Positions 24,490 to 36,592 of a DNA stretch of 64,000 bases are shown piece by piece. A program made the position numbers and the translations under genes. Source of the stretch: Felis catus (lineage: Eukaryota); the NCBI RefSeq assembly GCF_018350175.1, contig NC_058368.1, forward strand, positions 196,976,001-197,040,000. The letters run 5' to 3'. The notes beneath the pieces were generated by a model. It saw only the letters and a program-made list of their open reading frames with translations, was not told the DNA's origin and made no database searches. Every line of letters starts with the position of its first letter. Position 1 is the stretch's first letter.

Positions 24490-25100
24490 GGGTGCCTGCG
24501 AAAGCGGTTGCCAATGACTCCTCTCATCTCCGTGCACGTGTCCCACTTCTCCCACTGTGTGCTCCAGTCCATTTTTCCTCCCCTTAAATCACGAATCTTG
24601 GCTTGCTTTGACCACTGGAATGTGGCTTCAGTGGCACTGTGCTAGTTCCAAGCATAGGTCCTAAGGGGCTTGCGGGTTCTGCTTTTGCCCTCTTAGGTTC
24701 TGAGCCGCTGTGTAAAGAAGTCTGGCTACCCTGCTGGAGAGACCATATGAAACGGGAGGCCTGGGCAGCCTCTAGATATTGCAGTCACCACACTGAAAGC
24801 ACGGAACGTGTGAGGGAAGCCCTCTTGGACGTTCTGGTTCTGGCTAAGCAGAGCACGGACTGGAAAGTGGGGCACATTTCCTGATGATACCACTCGGACG
24901 GCCGGATCCAGCCATGCCTGAAGCCAGTCCAGCCGGGTGCAGCTGAGTGCAGCTGCCTGAGTGGTCTCGGGCAACACCATGTGGAGCACAACCACCAGGT
25001 GAGCCCAGCCAACCCACAGAATCACGAGCGAGACTAAATTGCTGTTTTAAGCCACTACGTTTTGAGTTGGTTTGTTACACAGCGGTAGCTGATGGAACTA
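24490..25100 (+). mobile_element. MLT1F/G-like MaLR LTR
   Basis: CTGGCTACCCTGCTGGAGAGACCA...CCCACAGAATCACGAG...TTGCTGTTTTAAGCCACTACGTTTTG. Confidence 0.75.
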
Positions 25101-25625
25101 TCCACTTGAGCAACTTTGGAACATCAGGACGCGTCACTGGGTGGCTCATTTGAATTCCAGGAACTTATCGCCTCATTGAGAGATGGTGGTGGGCAGTCAG
25201 CGTTGGGACTCAGGGTCAGGAGAGCAGAGCATGAGGACTGAGACTCTAGAACAATGAGGGGGAGGCACTCTGCTTCGGCTCTGGGGGTCCTGGGTGGCGG
25301 GGAACTCACCTTGAGGAAGAGAGAGCTCAAAGCCCAGGGTTCGGCTCAGGAACGCACGGGATGGCAAACACCATTCGGGAGGTAGTTGTTCATTTGTCCT
25401 CCAGCCCAGCAGCCTTCAGGGCGTGGAGGGGAGGCAGAGCCTGGGAGCCCAGTGCTGGGCACGCTGGTGGGGGACAAGTCGGGGGAGAGAGAGTGGGGTG
25501 GGATGGTCAGAGTCAGGGCTGGGTTGGTGGCTCTGTAATCACAGACCACTGGGTCCTTCCAAGGTTAGAAGGCCCTGGGCCTGGAGAAGCAAGGGTAGTG
25601 GGTTTATTTTGTTTTTGTAATGTTT

Positions 25626-26062
25626 TTTTTTTTTAATTATTTTTTTTAACGTTTATTTATTTTTGAGAGAGAGAGAGACAGAGCATGAACGAGGGAGGGT
25701 CAGAGAGAGGGAGACACAGAATCTGAAACAGGCTCCAGGCTCTGAGCGTCAGCACAGAGCCCGATGCGGGGCTCGAACTCACGGACCGTGAGATCATGAC
25801 CCGAGCTGAAGTCGGCCGCTTAATGGACTGAGCCACCCAGGCGCCCCTGTTTTTGTAATGTTTATTGATTTTTGAGAAAGGGGGGGGCATGAGCATGAGC
25901 AGGGGAGGGGCAGAGAGAGTGAGGGAGACACAGAATTTGAAGCAGGCTCCAGGCTCTGAGCTGTGAGCACAGAGCCTGACACGGGACTCGAACTCGTGAA
26001 CTGTGAGATCGTGACCTGAGCGGAAGTCTGATGCTTAACGGACTGAGCCACCCAGGTGCCCC
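25626..26062 (-). mobile_element. Two nested feline Can-SINEs
   Basis: Inner copy flanked by TGTTTTTGTAATGTTT inside the outer copy's tail. Confidence 0.92.
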
Positions 26063-26264
26063 AAAGGTAGTGATTTTAATCCTCCTACCCTCCTATTTGG
26101 GGGTGAGATTTAACCTTGGAAACCACCTCAGATCCTTTTAGGAAGTGGGTGGGAGGAGGCGGCGGGACATATATACAGGAGAGCTGGGACTAGCTCTGGA
26201 ACCCCAGCAGAGGAGCAGAGCTGACCCCCACCTGGCTGCACCTGCTCACCTCCGGGCAGGCCCT

Positions 26265-26830
26265 CACGTGTGTGAACGTGTCTGTGACTGAACACATGTG
26301 CGTTGTGTACATGAGCCCTTGTGAGGGTTGGGTGAAGACGGGTGTGTGTTGGCATGTGTTGGAGAGTGTGAATGTGTGAGTTGAATGTGCATACAAGAGT
26401 GAGTACGAGGGGCGCCTGGGTGGCTCGGTCGGTTAAGCGGCTGACTTCGGCTCAGGTCATGATCTCATGGTCCGTGAGTTCGAGCCCCGCGTTGGGCTCT
26501 GTGCTGACAGCTCAGAGGCTGGAGCCTGTTTCAGATTCTGTATCTCCCTCTCTCTGACCCTCCCCTGTTCATGCTCTGTCTCAAAAATAAATAAATGTTA
26601 AAAAAAAAAAAAAAAGAGTGAGTACGAGAGGGCCCATGAGTGTTGTGTTCCTGGGCATGGGTGTGCTCGCGTGAGAGTGTAAGTGTGGTCATGGAATGTG
26701 TGTGACTGTGCACTTGGACGTGTCCGTGTGCTCGTGCGTCTGAGTGGGAGAGAATGTATGTTAGCGTGAGCATGTCTGAGTGTGCAGATGTGGGAACGAG
26801 GACACGAGTAAGCGTGTGCCGGCTGAGTGC
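26265..26830. repeat. Degenerate (TG)-rich low-complexity tract containing a Can-SINE (26409-26613, +)
   Basis: GTGT/GAGT-rich sequence; TSD AAGAGTGAGTACGA 26395-26408 and 26614-26627. Confidence 0.8.
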
Positions 26831-28941
26831 GCACAGCATGGGCGTCATCTTTAGAAAACTAGTCACAGACCCTGCAGGCTGTCCAGTGCTCCCCGGACAA
26901 GTCCATGCGGGCGACACGGTCACCCTGCCCACGGATGACCCCACTGGGCTGCCCTGCTCGGCCTTCCTCTGCCCCCTGTGGGGTTTGGTCACACCTGGGC
27001 ACTCCTGCGTCCCCGGGACTGCCCCTCCCGAAGGCTGTCCTGGGAGATGGCTCCCCCACCGGACTGCAGCGTGTGGGGGTGTCGGCCCTCGGGGCCGGAA
27101 CCCAGAGAATGCTGCTGTGCCAGAGGCACCGTTGAAACATTTTCCTGACAGCAGTGAGGCTGAAAATCCCCAGGCCTCCGCCTTCGCAGACTGCCAAGGT
27201 CACGAGCTCCCTGCCTCTTGGATCCCGCTCTCTGCCGCCCTCTACTGGGCGTCTGCCACGGCGGGTGCAGAGGGGAGCCACGGCCCCCCCATCTCCACCC
27301 AAAGCACTGAGCTTCCCTCCAGGGTCCCCCCCCCCCCCCACCGCACACCGGGCCGCAGCGGGGGGTAGGCAGGCTGGACACTCCCCAAGGCCTGGGATCC
27401 GGGTTCACTGTCTCCTGGGTGCTACTTGCCGATCTGACACTCATAGATGCCCCACATGGCGGAAAATGAATACACGGATTGGGTGAGTCGTCAAAGGGCA
27501 AACTGAGGCCCAGAAAGGGGAACCTCAGTAAGCTGTTCGCACATGAGGGACCCATACCGAAACCACTAAGTGACCAGGACGGGGCTTCTTCTGCCATGAC
27601 TTCCTGGTGGGGTGAGTTTCCTGCTCAGTAGGAGCCAGGCTTTTTCATTCGACTGGACTGTCTCCAGATTGGGGCACCTGGACTAATTGGGGGCTGGGGA
27701 GGCAGGCAGCCAGGGGCTGGAACCCAGCCCGCCTCCGCCGGGCACCCTCGAGGACTGTGCCCAGCTGGCCCCTGCCTGGGCGGAAGATGACTTGGACACC
27801 GACACACCTGCAGCCAGAGGGTGTGGGGATTGCCCAGACACCTTCGCTCCACCCACTGCCTCCACCAGGATGTCATCGTCCCCAGGGACAGATAAGGATG
27901 CTGAGCTTCGGAGGCCAGAGCTGTTTGAGGCCACTGCTCTGGTGTCCGATGTCCTGTTTGCTTTCTCCAGCTACCCAAGAGCCACTGCCCTGCCCTCGGT
28001 GAGACAGGCTGCCTGCCTCCCATCCTGGGGCTCCCAGACAGTGACAGCTTGCCCCCTCTCTTCTAGCTGCCCCATGTAGAAAAGGACAGACACAGAAAGG
28101 TAGAACACTCTAGTGATCAGCCCCACTCCGCAAGGAGACCCAGTAATGCTGCCTTTGCTTGAGCCTAAATGGCTTCCTGCCCTGTTACTTTCTCCAGGAC
28201 TGAACCTCTCCCTGACCTCTCCCTGTGGCCTCACCCCGTCCACCTGCAACCCTCACCGCAGCCAAGACTGTCCCCACCCCAGGGAAGGCCTCCATGCCCC
28301 CCCCTCTTCCCACACAGTTCCTGCCTCGACAGCTCAGGAGCCCTGCAGGCCACAGGCACCGAGACTCCATTTCTAAATGAGGTGGCTGGGTAAGCCATTC
28401 CCCTGCTCTAAGACCCTCTGTGGCTCCCAGGCAGACAAGAGAAGGCCTGGCATTTGAGACCCCACACGGCGTGCCTAACACCACTCCGGCCGTTATTCCT
28501 CCACGCTGTAGGTCCACAGGAATGCTGGGTTTCCTTCTGGGCCAGCCTCCCCTGATAGCTGGTGAGGGGGGTGAGAGCAGCAGCTGTGTCTATCTTCTCT
28601 CTGTCTCCCCGGGTCCTGGCACAGAGCGGGCTCTCAGTAAACGTTCACCAGAAGAAGAGAACTGGTTTGAGCCGACCAACTCACTCCTGTTCGAAACAGT
28701 AAGAAACGTTTTTTAGCATGGGTTACGTCCCAGCATCGTGCTGAATGCATTACCAGGATTCCTCACTTCGCCCTCAGAACTATTTTCTAAGGCGGTGCTA
28801 TTATAATGCCCGTTTTCCAGATGAGAGAACGGAGGCCCGGGTGATCAAAGTCACAGGCAGGATTCTGCCCCAGCCCGTGCCCTACCCGCTGTCCTCGGCG
28901 ACAGAGTCGGCCTGCTCCTGTCTTGTAAGCACGCAGGCGGT

Positions 28942-29545
28942 CTGCCGACCCCCATCCCACAGGGCAAGGACGTCCCCTCATCTGCAGTCTTACAGAACCC
29001 CTTCCCACGCCAGCTCACATTCCATGCTCCCAGTGACCTATCTTTCCGCCCGACCCCTTCTCCACCCGGACCCAACGGCCCTCCCTTTTGTTCTCACTTC
29101 GGGATCAGCCCCAGGCCTGGGCTGTGCCAAGCAAGGCTCCGGCAGGTCTCAGGTGCCCGGCTGTGGCCGAGCCTGCCAGGGAGGCCGCAGGGACAGGCTC
29201 TTTAGAGAACAGGAGCGCGCCTGCTCTTTCCTGTGCCTACACGAGACGCAACAGGTCTATTTCAGGTCCTGAAACTCAAGTTCCTCACAGGAGCTTGAAC
29301 TGACGCAGCACTGGCGAGGCCCGGCCTGGGAATCGGGGCCCACGTACGATCGCAGACTTACCGTGTGACTGCGGGCAAGGAGCTTGGTTTTGCCGAGCCT
29401 CAGCTTCCATATCTGTGCAACGGGCATGAAAATCCCCACCACACACAGGGTCACTGGGAGCACGGAATGTGAGCTGGCGTGGGAAGGGGTTCCGTAAGAC
29501 TGCAGATGAGGGGACGTCCTTGCCCTGCGGGATGGGGGTCGGCAG
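28942..29545. repeat. 97-bp inverted duplication (arms 28942-29038 and 29449-29545, 410-bp spacer)
   Basis: Manual alignment 94/97 identical, no indels. Confidence 0.97.
29330..29500 (+). mobile_element. MIR SINE running into the right arm of the inverted duplication
   Basis: TGTGACTGCGGGCAAG...GAGCCTCAGCTTCCATATCTGTGCAACGGG...CACAGGGTCACTGGGAG. Confidence 0.65.
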
Positions 29546-29961
29546 TGGCCTGGTGTAGAGGCCGTGAGGAGGAAAGGCAGGACAGATGCTGCCCAGCTGG
29601 GCACAGGCTTTTGGGTAAGGGTGCGTGTGGTGGGGATGGAGGGGGCCCAGAGGAAAATGGGCTTGTGGAGTCAGGTGGGGCCTCTGCTGAAGCTGCCGGG
29701 GATCCCAGAAGAGCTGCTGAGTCACCTCTCCCTCTTTATTCTCCTTCTTCTTCTTCTTCTTTTTTTTTTTTGCAAGTCTTAACTGCTCTTTCTGCTTACA
29801 AAGGCAGGCTTTATGGATGCTCACTGCTTCAAGTTCAAACAACACGAGACTGTAATGCGTAAGGGTAGGCAGTTTCCCATGGTCCCGTGCCCCAGATGCA
29901 ACCGCCGTTGACATTTTGGTGGGTGTCCATCCAGAGTTTTGATGACTAGATACATATTTTT

Positions 29962-30183
29962 TTTTTAATTTTTTTTTTCAACGTTTATTTATTTTCGGGA
30001 CAGAGAGAGAGACAGAGCATGAACGGGGGAGGGGCAGAGAGAGAGGGAGACACAGAATCGGAAACAGGCTCCAGGCTCCGAGCCATCAGCCCAGAGCCCG
30101 ACGCGGGGCTCGAACTCACGGCCCGCAAGATCGCCACCTGGCTGAAGTCAGACGCCTAACCGACTGCGCCACCCAGGCGCCCC
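29962..30183 (-). mobile_element. Young feline Can-SINE with TSD TAGATACATATTTTT
   Basis: TSD 29947-29961 and 30184-30198. Confidence 0.96.
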
Positions 30184-30326
30184 TAGATACATATTTTTTA
30201 ATTGAAGAAGCATGTTCCTTGAAGACGATTCAAAGCAATGCAGACTCTCTAATACCCACTCCCTCCCACACCCTTCTCAGAAGCAACCACTCTTAACAGC
30301 TTTGTAGGTTTCTCCTTGCACTTTTA

Positions 30327-30750
30327 TTTATTTATTTATTTATTTCAACGTTTATTTATTTTTGGGACAGAGAGAGACAGAGCATGAACGGGGGAGGGGC
30401 AGAGAGAGAGGGAGACACAGAATCGGAAACAGGCTCCAGGCTCCGAGCCGTCAGCCCAGAGCCTGAGGCGGGGCTCGAACTCACGGACCCTGAGATGGTG
30501 ACCTGGCTGAAGTCGGACGCTTAACCGACTGCGCCACCCAGGCGCCCCAACGTTTATTTATTTTTGAGACAGAGAGAGACACAGCATGAACGGGGGAGGG
30601 GCAGAGAGAGAGGGAGACACAGAATCAGAAGCAGGCTCCAGGCTCTGAGCCATCAGCCCAGAGCCCGACGCGGGGCTCGAACCCACGGACCGCGAGATCG
30701 CGACCTGGCTGAAGTCAGACGCCTAACCGACTGCGCCACCCAGGCGCCCC
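30327..30750 (-). mobile_element. Head-to-tail dimer of young feline Can-SINEs
   Basis: Units 30327-30548 and 30549-30750; single TSD CTCCTTGCACTTTTA 30312-30326 and 30752-30766. Confidence 0.95.
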
Positions 30751-31529
30751 GCTCCTTGCACTTTTAATGCGTGCTTCTGTCCCCAGGTGGGCCTACATGA
30801 GGAGGGGGCAGCGATGATTACAGACCCCAGGGACACGTAATTTGTCAGCAAGGATTCACAATCATTATATATGCACCTAAGGAGAGTTGTTTCTCCCTCC
30901 CTCAAAACTGGGATCGTACTATGCATACTGCCCTGTCTGGTTTGGAGGGGGAATTATGTGCCAGATTAGTCACAGGGATCGTGAAACTCACATCGGAGAT
31001 GGGAAGTCTTGCATTTAGATGAAACGAATCGGTTGCACAAGCGTAGGACGGGAGACACCTACATTTCCCAGGCTGAGTCACAGCCGCCTCGGTGATGTGG
31101 CTGCAGCCCAGGCTTGCATGAGGAGATGCTGAGCTTTCAAAACCAGGGAGGCGATGGAGTTTCTGTAGCCTGGGTCTGTTGTCGGTCCATCTGAGGTTTC
31201 TGTTCCCTGAAAGGCTGCTGCAGCCCTCATCGCGCCCACACGTGGTCCCTTGTCTCGTCTCCCTTGTCCTCCAGTCTTCTCAGCCTCAGTGAAGGCAGCA
31301 AAGTCTGCTCAAACCAGCCCCAGGGAGGGGTGGAGGGGGCGGAATGCAGCTCTCTGACCTTCCCTCCCTTCCTGCCTCTGATCCCTCTGGAGTCCCATGG
31401 GCCTTTGCTCCCACACATACCCACCTCTCCTCACATCCCCCCTCTTCTGCTGTCTCCACTCTGACACCCTACAGTCTGTTTGCCACCCCAGAGCCAGGAC
31501 AAAGTTTTAAAGTGGACTTTGGGATGTGT

Positions 31530-32197
31530 GTTGTGATGAGTGGAAAGGTATGACCCAGTAGGTATGTGCAGGGGCGCCTGGGTGGCTCAGTCGGCTGAGC
31601 GTCCGACTTCGGCTCAGGTCATGATCTCATGGTTCGTGGGTTCGAGCCTCACGTCGGGCTCTGTGCTGACAGCTCAGAGCCTGGATCTTGCTTTCAGATT
31701 CCTTGTCTTCCTTTGTCTCTTGCCCCTCCCCTGCTCGTGCTCTCTCTCTCTTAAAAATAAAGAAACGTCAAAAAGTATGTTCAGATCTATTCTTAGAATC
31801 TGTGAACAAGACCTTGTTTGGAAAAAGTTTTTTTTTGCAGATGTGACTAACTTAGGGATCTTGAGATGCAGAGCTCATCGTGGGCTTCCCCGGTAGGCCC
31901 TGACTCAGTCGTGAGAAATGCCCTCACAAGACACACACAGGGGAGACAGGACACACAGAAGAGGGAGGAGGCAGTTCGGGGCAGAGATTGGAGTGATGTG
32001 GCCTCAGGCCAAGGAAACCACCAGAAGGTGTAAGAAGCAAGGAACAGGTGCTTCCCTAGAGCCTTTGGGGGGATCATTGCTCTGCCACCACCTTGATTTT
32101 AGCTATCTGGCCTCTGGAAGTATGGGAGAGTGAATTTCTGTCGCCGTGGGTCACCCGGTTTGTGACCGTTTGTTTGCAGCCACAGGAAACTAATGCA
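31530..32197 (+). mobile_element. MLT1C/D-like solo LTR with an inserted Can-SINE (31571-31773, +)
   Basis: TTTGCAGATGTGA...GCAGAGATTGGAGTGATG...CACCTTGATTTTAG...GCAGCCACAGGAAACTAATGCA. Confidence 0.88.
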
Positions 32198-32336
32198 GGT
32201 AATATACACTTGTGGGTAAAATCAGAGAAAAGATAAACGCTGAAAAGTCCTGCTTTTCTAGGGATCCGCTGTTATTAGGTTCTTTTATATTTTTTCTGGG
32301 CTTCTTCATAGAGATATAAGAACATGTGAAAGGGGA

Positions 32337-32480
32337 GGAGGGCCTGGCGGGCCCAGTCTGCATGCAGAGCGTGTGACGCTTGATCTCGGCTTGTGAGTTC
32401 AAGATCCACGTTGGGCACAGAGCTTAAAACAAAACAAAACAAAACAAAACAAAACAAAACAAAACAAAACAAAACGAAAC
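32337..32480 (+). mobile_element. Short Can-SINE with (AAAAC)n tail
   Basis: GAGCGTGTGACGCTTGATCTCGG...GAGTTCAAG; pentamer array ~32426-32475. Confidence 0.8.
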
Positions 32481-32499
32481 GAAAATGTGAAAAGCGATT

Positions 32500-33020
32500 G
32501 CATTTCAATCCCCCTGCCCTGTGTGAGAGCGATCTTTTAAAATGTATCTGGCTGTGTCACTCACTGTCCTTAGAGGCATGGCCACCCCGGGACCCCGCCC
32601 ACCTGGCCCCTCCCCCCCCCCTCCCATGCCCCTCAGCCCCAGCCGACGCCCTCTTCACTCCAGGCTGCAGCCTCCCCTTCTCCTTGTGTGAAGATCCCAG
32701 CCCTTCCGTCCCCACTGTCATCTGACTTGTATTCAGATGTCACCCCCCACGAGCCCCCCCTGACTTCCCAATTTAATATGCCTTTATTGGTCCTGCCACT
32801 TGTTATTACACTACTCCGTTTCATTTTCTTGCTTGAATTTGCCACGGTATAAAATTGACTTGCCTATGTGTTGCTTTTCTTGTTTTTGTCTATCTCCTGC
32901 CCTAGAGTGTGAATTCTTGGAGCTGGGATTTCATTCGTGCACACTTCCACTCTGGGCACCTGAAACTGGGCGTGCCTGGCACGGAGGAGGGCCTCCATAC
33001 AAATGTGTCAGATACATAAA
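32500..33020 (+). mobile_element. L2 LINE 3' region
   Basis: GATCTTTTAAAATGTATCTGG...CTAGAGTGTGAATTCTTGGAG...GTGCCTGGCAC. Confidence 0.6.
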
Positions 33021-33074
33021 TTAATTCTGAAGGCCAGCCACGTCCTGGAAACTGTGACATACGTGAAAGAAAAA

Positions 33075-33220
33075 AGAGTTCTTAGAGTCCGTGGACCCCG
33101 TAAAGTAATACGTAACATTTCGTGCGGAGGTGCATTGTTTTCCATGGAGATGGTTGACAGCTTTCATTAGATTCTCAAAGGGGTTCTGATCCCACAGATG
33201 AGAAGGTGGTCTTAACCATT
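33075..33220. mobile_element. hAT-Charlie MITE remnant (MER103-like)
   Basis: CAGCTTTCATTAGATTCTCAAAGGGGT and GTCCGTGGACCCC. Confidence 0.55.
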
Positions 33221-33241
33221 TTTTAAAACAGTTTATTTATT

Positions 33242-33640
33242 GGGGCGCCTGGGTGGCTCAGTCGGTTAAGTGTCCGACTTCGGTTCGGGTCATGATCTCG
33301 CGGTCCGTGAGTTCGATCCCGCGTCGGGCTCTGTGCTGATGGCTCAGAGCCTAGAGCCTGCTTCTGATTCTGTGTCTCCCTCTCTCTCTCTGCCCCTCCC
33401 CAGCTTGCACTCTGTCTTTCTCTCAAAAATAAACATTAAAAAATCAATTTAAAAGGTTTATTTATTTATTTTGAGAGAGAGAGAGAGCACAGACAGGGCA
33501 GAGATGAGAGAGAGAGAGAATCAGGCTCTGCGCTGTCAGTGCAGAGCCCGTCTTGGGGCTCCACCTCACTAACAGTGAGGTCATGACCTGAACCGAAATC
33601 CAGAGTCGGACGCTTACCCAACTGAGCCACCCAGGTGCCC
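33242..33640. mobile_element. Tail-to-tail Can-SINE pair (33242-33443 +, 33455-33640 -)
   Basis: Outward-lying heads GGGGCGCCTGG and CCAGGTGCCC, tails abutting. Confidence 0.92.
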
Positions 33641-33729
33641 GTGAAGGGGTCCTACAATCGGGGCTTGATTGTGCAGCAAGAAAAACAAAGTTCAGTCCAG
33701 TCTCCAAGGCCCACTAGGAGCCCTGGGTA

Positions 33730-33930
33730 TGTTTAGCCTGCAGGAGAGAAGCCCAAGGAAGCCAGCTCTACTGTTTGTAAATCTCTGTAGGCAATGAAGA
33801 AACCAGGGGAAACAACAAGAATTTCACCCCCACAAGGAAAGGCCCTCCTAACAATCCAAGCTGACTAACGACATAGGGCTGACTGGTGAGCTGATGAGGT
33901 TCTTGTCACTGGAGGTATGCAAGCAGATGC
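33730..33930 (+). mobile_element. CR1/L3 LINE fragment
   Basis: GATGAGGTTCTTGTCACTGGAGGTATGCAAGCAGA. Confidence 0.55.
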
Positions 33931-35178
33931 GCATGCCCCTTTGTCAGAAATTGTTCTGGGATGAGCAGGCCAAGGAAACACCCCGTTCTGGGATGTAGGA
34001 GTGGTGGATGGCTTGGGTCAGAGGGGAGAGTCTCTAAATTAATGTCGCTGTGGTTCCTTCCGGTCTCCCACAGGTTGGCCTGCCGGGTTGGTGTCCATTT
34101 TGCTCCCATGACCCTCAGAGGGATCTGAAACGTAGGGACGAGCCTGGGTCCCCTCTTCTTGTCCACTGCCCCTTCACAGCCATGACCTTGGCCTGTACAG
34201 GCCGCCAGCCAGGACCACAGGCCTGCTGGGGTGGGTAGTCCCCTGCAGTCCAGACGGTCCTCCCCTGGGCTCCCTCGGACTTCCTCAAGGTCAACAGCTT
34301 TCTTTCAAGCCCTTTATTTTGGGACCAGAGCATCCCATTTCACCTCCTTTGTCCTGAGCGTCAGATCACCTCCTGCAGTAATTTCGGGGTGCCTTTCTGC
34401 TGTCCCCACCTGAGTGAGGCATCTCTCAGGGAGCCAGGGAGCCTTTCTCCTTGAAGCAGGAAATAAAATCTCTCTCTGCCGAGCTAAAGGTGCCAGTTTC
34501 CTCAGGGCACACCAGAAGGCAGAAGATGGTTCCTCACGAGGGGCTGTGGCTTCAAGGCCAACAGCACGCCCTTGGAGCCAACAGTACGTTGGGATCTGTA
34601 GCAGGTTCAGTCGTGGTGGATGAAGTCTCCCAGGGCGTTCTTCCCACCCCTCGGCAGCTGGGGAATCTTCTGGGAGCTGGAAGACCAGATTGGACACACT
34701 TCTCTCCAAGTTTATATGAGAAATGGTTCTGGCTGTGGGGCAGGTGCTAGATTATCCCCGGTAGACTCTCCCGGGTTTGCTTCCTGATGGAGCTATTTAC
34801 CAGTTATGGGACCCTGGACACGTGTCTAATGCTTGGAATCCGTTCTTTATCTGTACCATAAGGACCACCACACATCTCATAAATGAGGCAATACGTATAA
34901 AACAAATTCACAGGGCCAGGCACAGAGTAAGGGCTCAATAAATCAGGTGCTATTATTAGTAATAATAGCAATATTATTTTAACGAGTATTGCTTAAACTC
35001 TTTGGGCCTCTGTAAAAGTATGATGACAATATACACCTCACAGCGAGGATCTAATGAGATCATGGATGGGAGGTGCATTTTGAGCGCCAAATCCTACATA
35101 AATGGGTTGGCTAATGATCACTGATAATAACAAATAATAATGGGAGGCCCTAAGCAAGACTTGTCTTTCCCAGATAGG

Positions 35179-35192
35179 CCACAAGAGGGCGC
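35179..35192 (+). promoter_or_regulatory. CTCF motif
   Basis: CCACAAGAGGGCGC, 13/14 to CCASYAGRKGGCRS. Confidence 0.6.
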
Positions 35193-36170
35193 CCTTTCTC
35201 CCTTGCCCCAGTCAAGCCCCGTCTGCCACTCCTCCAGCAGGAAGGTCCAGGCTTCCCAGCGGCAAAAGGAGGTGTAGACTCTCCTGTCAGAAGAGCCTGG
35301 GCCTATACTTCTTGGGATATTTCCCTGGACTTGTCACCGGGGGTGCCAATTCCTTCTCTCCACAGGACAGAGGCCTGTGGCATTTAGGGATGTGTGACAG
35401 CTGTTGCTACTTTGGGGCTGTGTTCAGAAATGGTCTCCGCGCTGAAATTCTGCAAGGGAAACGCAGGATCTCGTATTTACGTGTGTGGGATGGAGTCCGT
35501 CCTCACAACTGGGGACTTCTCCGGTTGCCTTGTCTACTGCTGCAGTCCCAGCACCAGGTGCATGTGCCCACCCAGTAAGGGCTGGGGGTTGTGTGGAGGT
35601 GAATAAAGAGGGGCTCCTTCTGTTGGGTATTTGCTATTAATTCCTGTCCGCCCCCCAACGCCCGGTGATCTCAATCCACCGTGTGGAACCCTGTCAGGAA
35701 GGCCCCAGCGTAGCTGGTGACAAGTTATCCAGGGTGTGGAGTGGGAGTTCTAGAAGGAACCGCAGCAAGGACAAGGCCGGTGAGCTTCTGACTGGGTCTT
35801 GTTTCAAAGCTGAACAAACCGGGGTGGGGACTGTATTTAGGGATACGGAGGGGTAGGAAAGTGTATCGTAGGGATTCGCCCTCGGCCTGCCTCTCCCTCT
35901 CCTTCCCTGCAGCTCCCAAGTGGCCAGAGGCCCTCACAGGATCTCGGGCCCCTCAGAAGTGGAGTGTAGGCCTGCAGGCATTCCCCTCAGACTGTTCTGG
36001 GGTGCAAAGGAGAGACGTGGGGAGGCCTTGTGTATTTGGGAATTGTCAGTTCAGGTTGTTGGATTTTTTCCCTCAAAATGTAGCAGAGCTTAGAGGATCA
36101 CGCTAAAGGGGGAGTGTGTTTAAAATGACCCCAAGTATTTAAAAAAATAATAATACAAAAAAGAAGAAAA

Positions 36171-36592
36171 GGGGCGCCTGGGTGGCTCAGTCGGTTAAGT
36201 GTCCGACTTCGGCTCAGGTCATGATCTCGCGGTCCGTGAGTTCGAGCCCCGCGTCGGGCTCTGTGCTGACCGCTCAGAGCCTGGAGCCTGCTTCGGATTC
36301 TGTGTCTCCCTCGCTCTCTGACCCTTCTGCGTTCATGCTCTGTCTTTCTCTGTCTCAAAAATAAATAAACACTAAAAAAACCATTTTAAATGACCCCAAG
36401 TGGGGCGCTTGGGTGGCTCAGTCAGTTGAGTGTCAGACTTCGGCTCAGGTCATGATTTCGCAGTTCGTGAGTTCGAGCCCTGCCCGGGGCTCTCTGCCGT
36501 CAGTGAGAAGCCTGCTTTGGATCCTCCGTCCCTCTCTGCCCCTCCCCTGCTTGCTCTGTCTCTCCCCAAAATAAATAAAAGTTAAAAAAAAA
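36171..36592 (+). mobile_element. Two tandem Can-SINEs (36171-36380, 36402-36592)
   Basis: Two heads and tails; AAATGACCCCAAGT present three times. Confidence 0.95.
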
